This document shows, in pieces, positions 32,301-35,052 of a stretch of DNA of 35,052 nucleotides. Position 1 is the stretch's first letter, and the number at the start of each line of letters is the position of its first letter. The notes below the pieces were generated by a model. The model saw only the letters and a program-made list of their open reading frames with translations, did not search any database and was not told the origin of the DNA. The translations under genes were made by a program, and so were the position numbers. Location: NCBI GenBank assembly GCA_973895155.1, contig OZ316898.1:10686486-10721537 (forward strand). Reading direction: 5' to 3'. Origin of the DNA: Marsupella aquatica (Eukaryota; Plantae; Marchantiophyta).

Positions 32301-33304
32301 AATCAATTTCTCAATCACCAATCCCGTCACCCGTGGCAATGTCAATTCCCTGGCCCGAAACAGCCCCCGTAGCCCGATCACTTAAATTCTCTCAATTTCC
32401 CGTCACTACTCCGTGCGGCCGCCACTAATGCCTGGAAGAATGACGCCAGCAAGCCCCACTAATCCACCATGAAAGAGAGAGCTTCAAAAATAATTAGAAT
32501 CTGGAGAGAGCTTCCGGCAAGAGAGAGAAGAACCCCGTTTTTGCTTTCGGCAATGAGAGGGTCGTGCAAAAGGAAGAGGGAAAGAAAAAGGAAGGAAAAA
32601 AAAATAGAACCGAAAAAACTCCTGGCGCCTTCGCCATGCGCCCCGGCCCATTTCTCGGGCCTTACCCTTGCGTCCTCCTGCGCGCGGCCCTATGCAGGGC
32701 GCGCGGCCATTCCTCCCGGCTCGCGGGAGGCCCTTCAACTCCCCCCCGCTCGCGTGATCCTCCCAGCTCGCGGGAGGCCCTTTAACTCCCCCCCCCCCGC
32801 TCGCTTGCGCTCCTTCAGCTCGCGGAGCCTCATTAATTGCCCGGGCACGCAGCCCTATGGGCTCGCGAGGCAGCCCCTTCAGCTCGCGGAGCCCCATTAA
32901 TCGCCCGGGCACGCAGCCCTATGGGCTCGCGAGGCAGCCCCTCTTTCTCTCGGACGACCACTAATGGGACTCGCCCTCCTGAGGAGGGATTTATTTAAAA
33001 AAAAACCCCCCCCTCTCCTGACTTTGCAATGGGGGTCTCAACAATAGCTCTTGAAGCAAAACGGTAAGTCCTATGGGGCTGGTCCTGGCTAGTTTCAAGG
33101 TCCCAAAATATTTGCCCACTTAGGTCGCCGCAAATCTTAGAACTATTATGAGAGAAAGAATATAAAGTCACCTGGGGCATCATCAACCTATAATGACGGA
33201 ATTAACTAAAAATTAAAAAATGGCTTATTTACATTGACTATTAACAAGGTATCGGCCTTTGCAACCAGTTATGTGTGACTTCCCGTGACGGGGTACCCGT
33301 CACA
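29320..33304 (-). repeat. 5' LTR (3985 bp)
   Basis: TGTCACTTGCC...CCCGTCACA followed by TSD CAAGC; adjacent to the PBS. Confidence 0.97.
30431..32287 (-). CDS. LTR-encoded 618-aa protein of unknown function (globular N-half, long coiled coil, basic NLS-like and acidic tail)
   Basis: Uninterrupted 1857-bp ORF wholly inside the 5' LTR, same sense as gag-pol. Heptad-rich C-half and a PSKKKK motif. Confidence 0.85.
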   Translation of the reverse strand: MLDQPEFSASRIRRYKAAYRDYVETRITREREEREVMMSTGLAAGSSPVGRKIFRRIYPKTSTKVMEDCRNIFQATGLTEFMKVEITIPSGKSWDIEAGMEFRTEGIYFECLKRVVPHVELAKLLFLENQKFSFTPRNIRGELTLKMVATWVTNPTSTTAIPLSAVKDVEYKGFLAKVHQRVLGNVQSGVLNEEHFVVAMDIKNYPAHVYGWWCYGLKKLLAAEPGSVKPGGAVHLMGSFVLARAEGLIGSPGHEDTGSSLTTEIRSIATTVLGKLTEESLSAGGEDNREEENQEDDCTLEWLESLVGDPKQPLEYNIPDVYLAELRDFREGVHEGLKLVHALRESLKHATVKVETLEQSILSLKEVIKTKEQTIHEKVRHINAAHVEITNLKGALSTKAKEAEEVGALRQALAKEKQNSGEVMEWRNQVGALRSQVAAFETRAKRSEALSLGKRKSPGTPGSTLSPDVISQAIEMVVKEVSGKYGPLLDGAKKSQEKSKSLEKKLREVRKSLREAQVSTGMPPRSVTPGTPMATGQVLPLELRSGEEATLWKDTIGEGYIKAWQALAALRKRGSSSTKSTPSKKKKSTVALTPVSDEEEDHSRGTSPGTESEEEEED

Positions 33305-33780
33305 CAAGCCCTAACATTTTGGTATATCAACCTATATACTTGCATGGATCTTATAAAAAACATTTGCCTTCCACATTGGGTCCACTGCCAAGAGAAATCC
33401 CTCGCAAAACATTGATTGAAAGTCGTGTTCCCATGAAAGTGCAAACCCATTGGGAACTTGGATAACTAGGAAATACTGAAATGACTCGGATCGCTATTAT
33501 AGAACCAAGTAACATCACAAGTTGCGAAGTCAAACGGTTCACAACTTCTGGCCTAAACCAACTCACAAGTTCCGATCCAATTTAGATCGGAAGTCCCCAC
33601 CAAATTTATTTTGCATAAGACTGATCTTATAAGGCTCGCTAGTTGCCAACCTCATGACATCGCAAATATCAAACCCATTCCCATCACAAACACGTAGCGA
33701 ACCTTCCAGCTTCACAAAAACCAATGTCGGTAACAAAGGACCTGTTGGGTATTTACTCTTACGTCTAGGTTAGGTATGAC

Positions 33781-33923
33781 GTGGTTGGTACAACAACGTG
33801 GGTTGGTACAACTACGTGGTTAGGTACAACTACGTGATTAGGTACAACTATGTGGTTAGGTACAACTACGTGATTAGGTACAACTATGTGGTTAGGTACA
33901 ACTATGTGGTTAGGTACAACTAA
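33781..33923 (+). repeat. 18-bp tandem repeat (~8 copies) inside the LTR
   Basis: Unit GTG(G/A)TTAGGTACAACTA(C/T). Confidence 0.92.
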
Positions 33924-34183
33924 GTTGCACACTATATCATAAGAGGCATGTGTGCTTGGAGAGGTAGAACCAAGGCTCATTGTTATGGAGCCACTTGAGA
34001 GATAGGGAGAGCTTACACTGTGAAGACTCGGTATAGCCGACGGGCTTAGAGTTCAGTAAAGCTCTCTTGTGTGTTCCCGTGGACGTAGCCTCAAGGAGGT
34101 GAACCACGTATCTCTTGTGTCGACTATTGTGCGTTGGATGGTTCATGGGCTTGCCGTTGCGATCGTCGTCTATGCTCAACAAT

Positions 34184-34195
34184 TGGTATCAGAGC
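34184..34195 (+). other. Primer binding site, tRNA-iMet
   Basis: TGGTATCAGAGC 2 nt after the LTR end. Confidence 0.9.
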
Positions 34196-35052
34196 ATGCT
34201 TGGGAGGTGACGTGTGTTCGTGACGGGATTTCATGACGGTTTTTCCAGCGTTGAGTGTTGGTGGATTTTCCAGAGTTCCATCGCATGGAACTTGGAGTTT
34301 ATGGGCTCAACGGATAGATCAGGGCAAGAGCTTTCTAACGGTGTGAAGAAATCGTTGAACGGAGCTCGTGGTGCAGAGAGATCTAAGTTTTCGTCATTCT
34401 GGATTTTGTGAAGAAAGTTGGCAATCGACTCGGAGGGAGAAGCGTCAAGTGTTTTGACTCAACGGAGAGATTGAGGCAAGACGATTGTTTTTGAGTCCGG
34501 GATTGGCTCTTTGATGCAAAGAGGAAGGCTAAGCAAAATCAATTACCTTGTTGGACTTGGTGACGGCACCAAGTGCAATTGATCAACATTCGTTGTTGAC
34601 AAGGTACCATTTTTTTCTCTTTGAAAAACTGATTCGAAATTGGCTATGGCAATTGAGAGAAATCTGTCATCTTTACCAATTTTTTTCTCCCTCGTTCTTT
34701 CCTTGTTTTGGGTGCTTCTTATATCGATCTTCATCGCCTCGGAGTCTAGTTTCCAAATCTGAAATCGGATCTTGATTTCGTCAAAACCCGAGTGAGATAT
34801 CTTGCGTTTGGTGTCGAGGGGTACATTCTGCCGTGTGTATTTTCTGCGCGCGCGACCAGATTTCGACGACGAAGGGTGGTAGGGGGTTTTGGGGGTTCGA
34901 GGACACATGTCAGCCCCTCGATTGTTCTTCCAAAATTCCCACAGGGCCTGTACAAGGGTCATAGAATATTCCAAAAAAACCAGAGAGCTATTTTTTGACC
35001 GTCCGACAAAGATTTCATCCGCCGAACGGTAACTTTTTTGGTTATTTTTCGG

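Larger units (their letters stand above)
18624..33304 (-). mobile_element. Full-length Ty3/Gypsy LTR retrotransposon, non-chromovirus, Athila-like (14,681 bp)
   Basis: TG...CA termini, TSD CAAGC (18619-18623, 33305-33309), two near-identical LTRs, PBS, PPT and PR-RT-RH-INT domain order. Confidence 0.97.
9241..33742 (-). mobile_element. CACTA (En/Spm, CMC) DNA transposon; right end lies beyond the window; interrupted by two LTR retrotransposons
   Basis: Left terminus CACTACTACATATCGG at 9241 (candidate 3-bp TSD ATA at 9238-9240), followed by dense TTGCGA/TCGCAA subterminal motifs. Contains TnpD- and TnpA-like genes. The same motifs resume at 33400-33720 after the Gypsy insert. No right TIR (...TAGTG) was found in the window. 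Confidence 0.85.
33743..35052 (+). mobile_element. 5' portion of a second LTR retrotransposon (LTR 33743-34181, tRNA-iMet PBS), truncated by the window end
   Basis: TGTTGGGTATTTACTC...CTATGCTCAACA, then AT, then TGGTATCAGAGC (34184-34195). Superfamily cannot be determined because no coding domain is visible. Predicted TSD GGACC (33738-33742). Confidence 0.85.

Noticed and set aside
18624-33304. Segmental duplication or two tandem elements sharing a short LTR
   Set aside because: The 4-kb repeats have exact TG/CA ends, a flanking TSD, a PBS next to one and a PPT next to the other, as expected for genuine LTRs of one element.
33781-33923. CRISPR-like array
   Set aside because: Head-to-tail 18-mers with no unique spacers, inside a eukaryotic LTR; no cas genes. 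The (VVPNH)n ORF is a by-product of the repeat.
34543-34998. gag or other ORF of the second LTR element
   Set aside because: Short ORFs, mostly antisense, without gag motifs; probably untranslated leader.

Overview
Eukaryotic (land-plant-like) transposon-rich window with no intact host gene. It is dominated by a nested stack of mobile elements. (1) A CACTA/En-Spm DNA transposon starts at 9241 (CACTACTACA...) and runs past 33742. It carries a spliced, decayed TnpD transposase on the minus strand and a divergent three-exon TnpA-like gene on the plus strand. Unexpectedly, it also carries a SET-domain (lysine methyltransferase-like) exon between the first coding exon and the transposase exon. That exon is splice-compatible with the same first exon. 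(2) A very young 14.7-kb non-chromoviral Ty3/Gypsy (Athila-like) retrotransposon is inserted in the CACTA element (18624-33304, TSD CAAGC). It has an intact 2132-aa gag-pol, and its ~4-kb LTRs each contain a 618-codon ORF (frameshifted in the 3' LTR). (3) A second LTR retrotransposon with a tRNA-iMet PBS begins at 33743; a solo LTR of the same family lies at 1359-1677. The left 9 kb also holds a short non-LTR retro-insertion with a TSD, tandem repeats, hairpins, a probable decayed receptor-kinase fragment, and a small frameshifted ORF resembling the P2X7-ballast/KolX fold. All domain calls come from motif recognition by eye; no database search was run.
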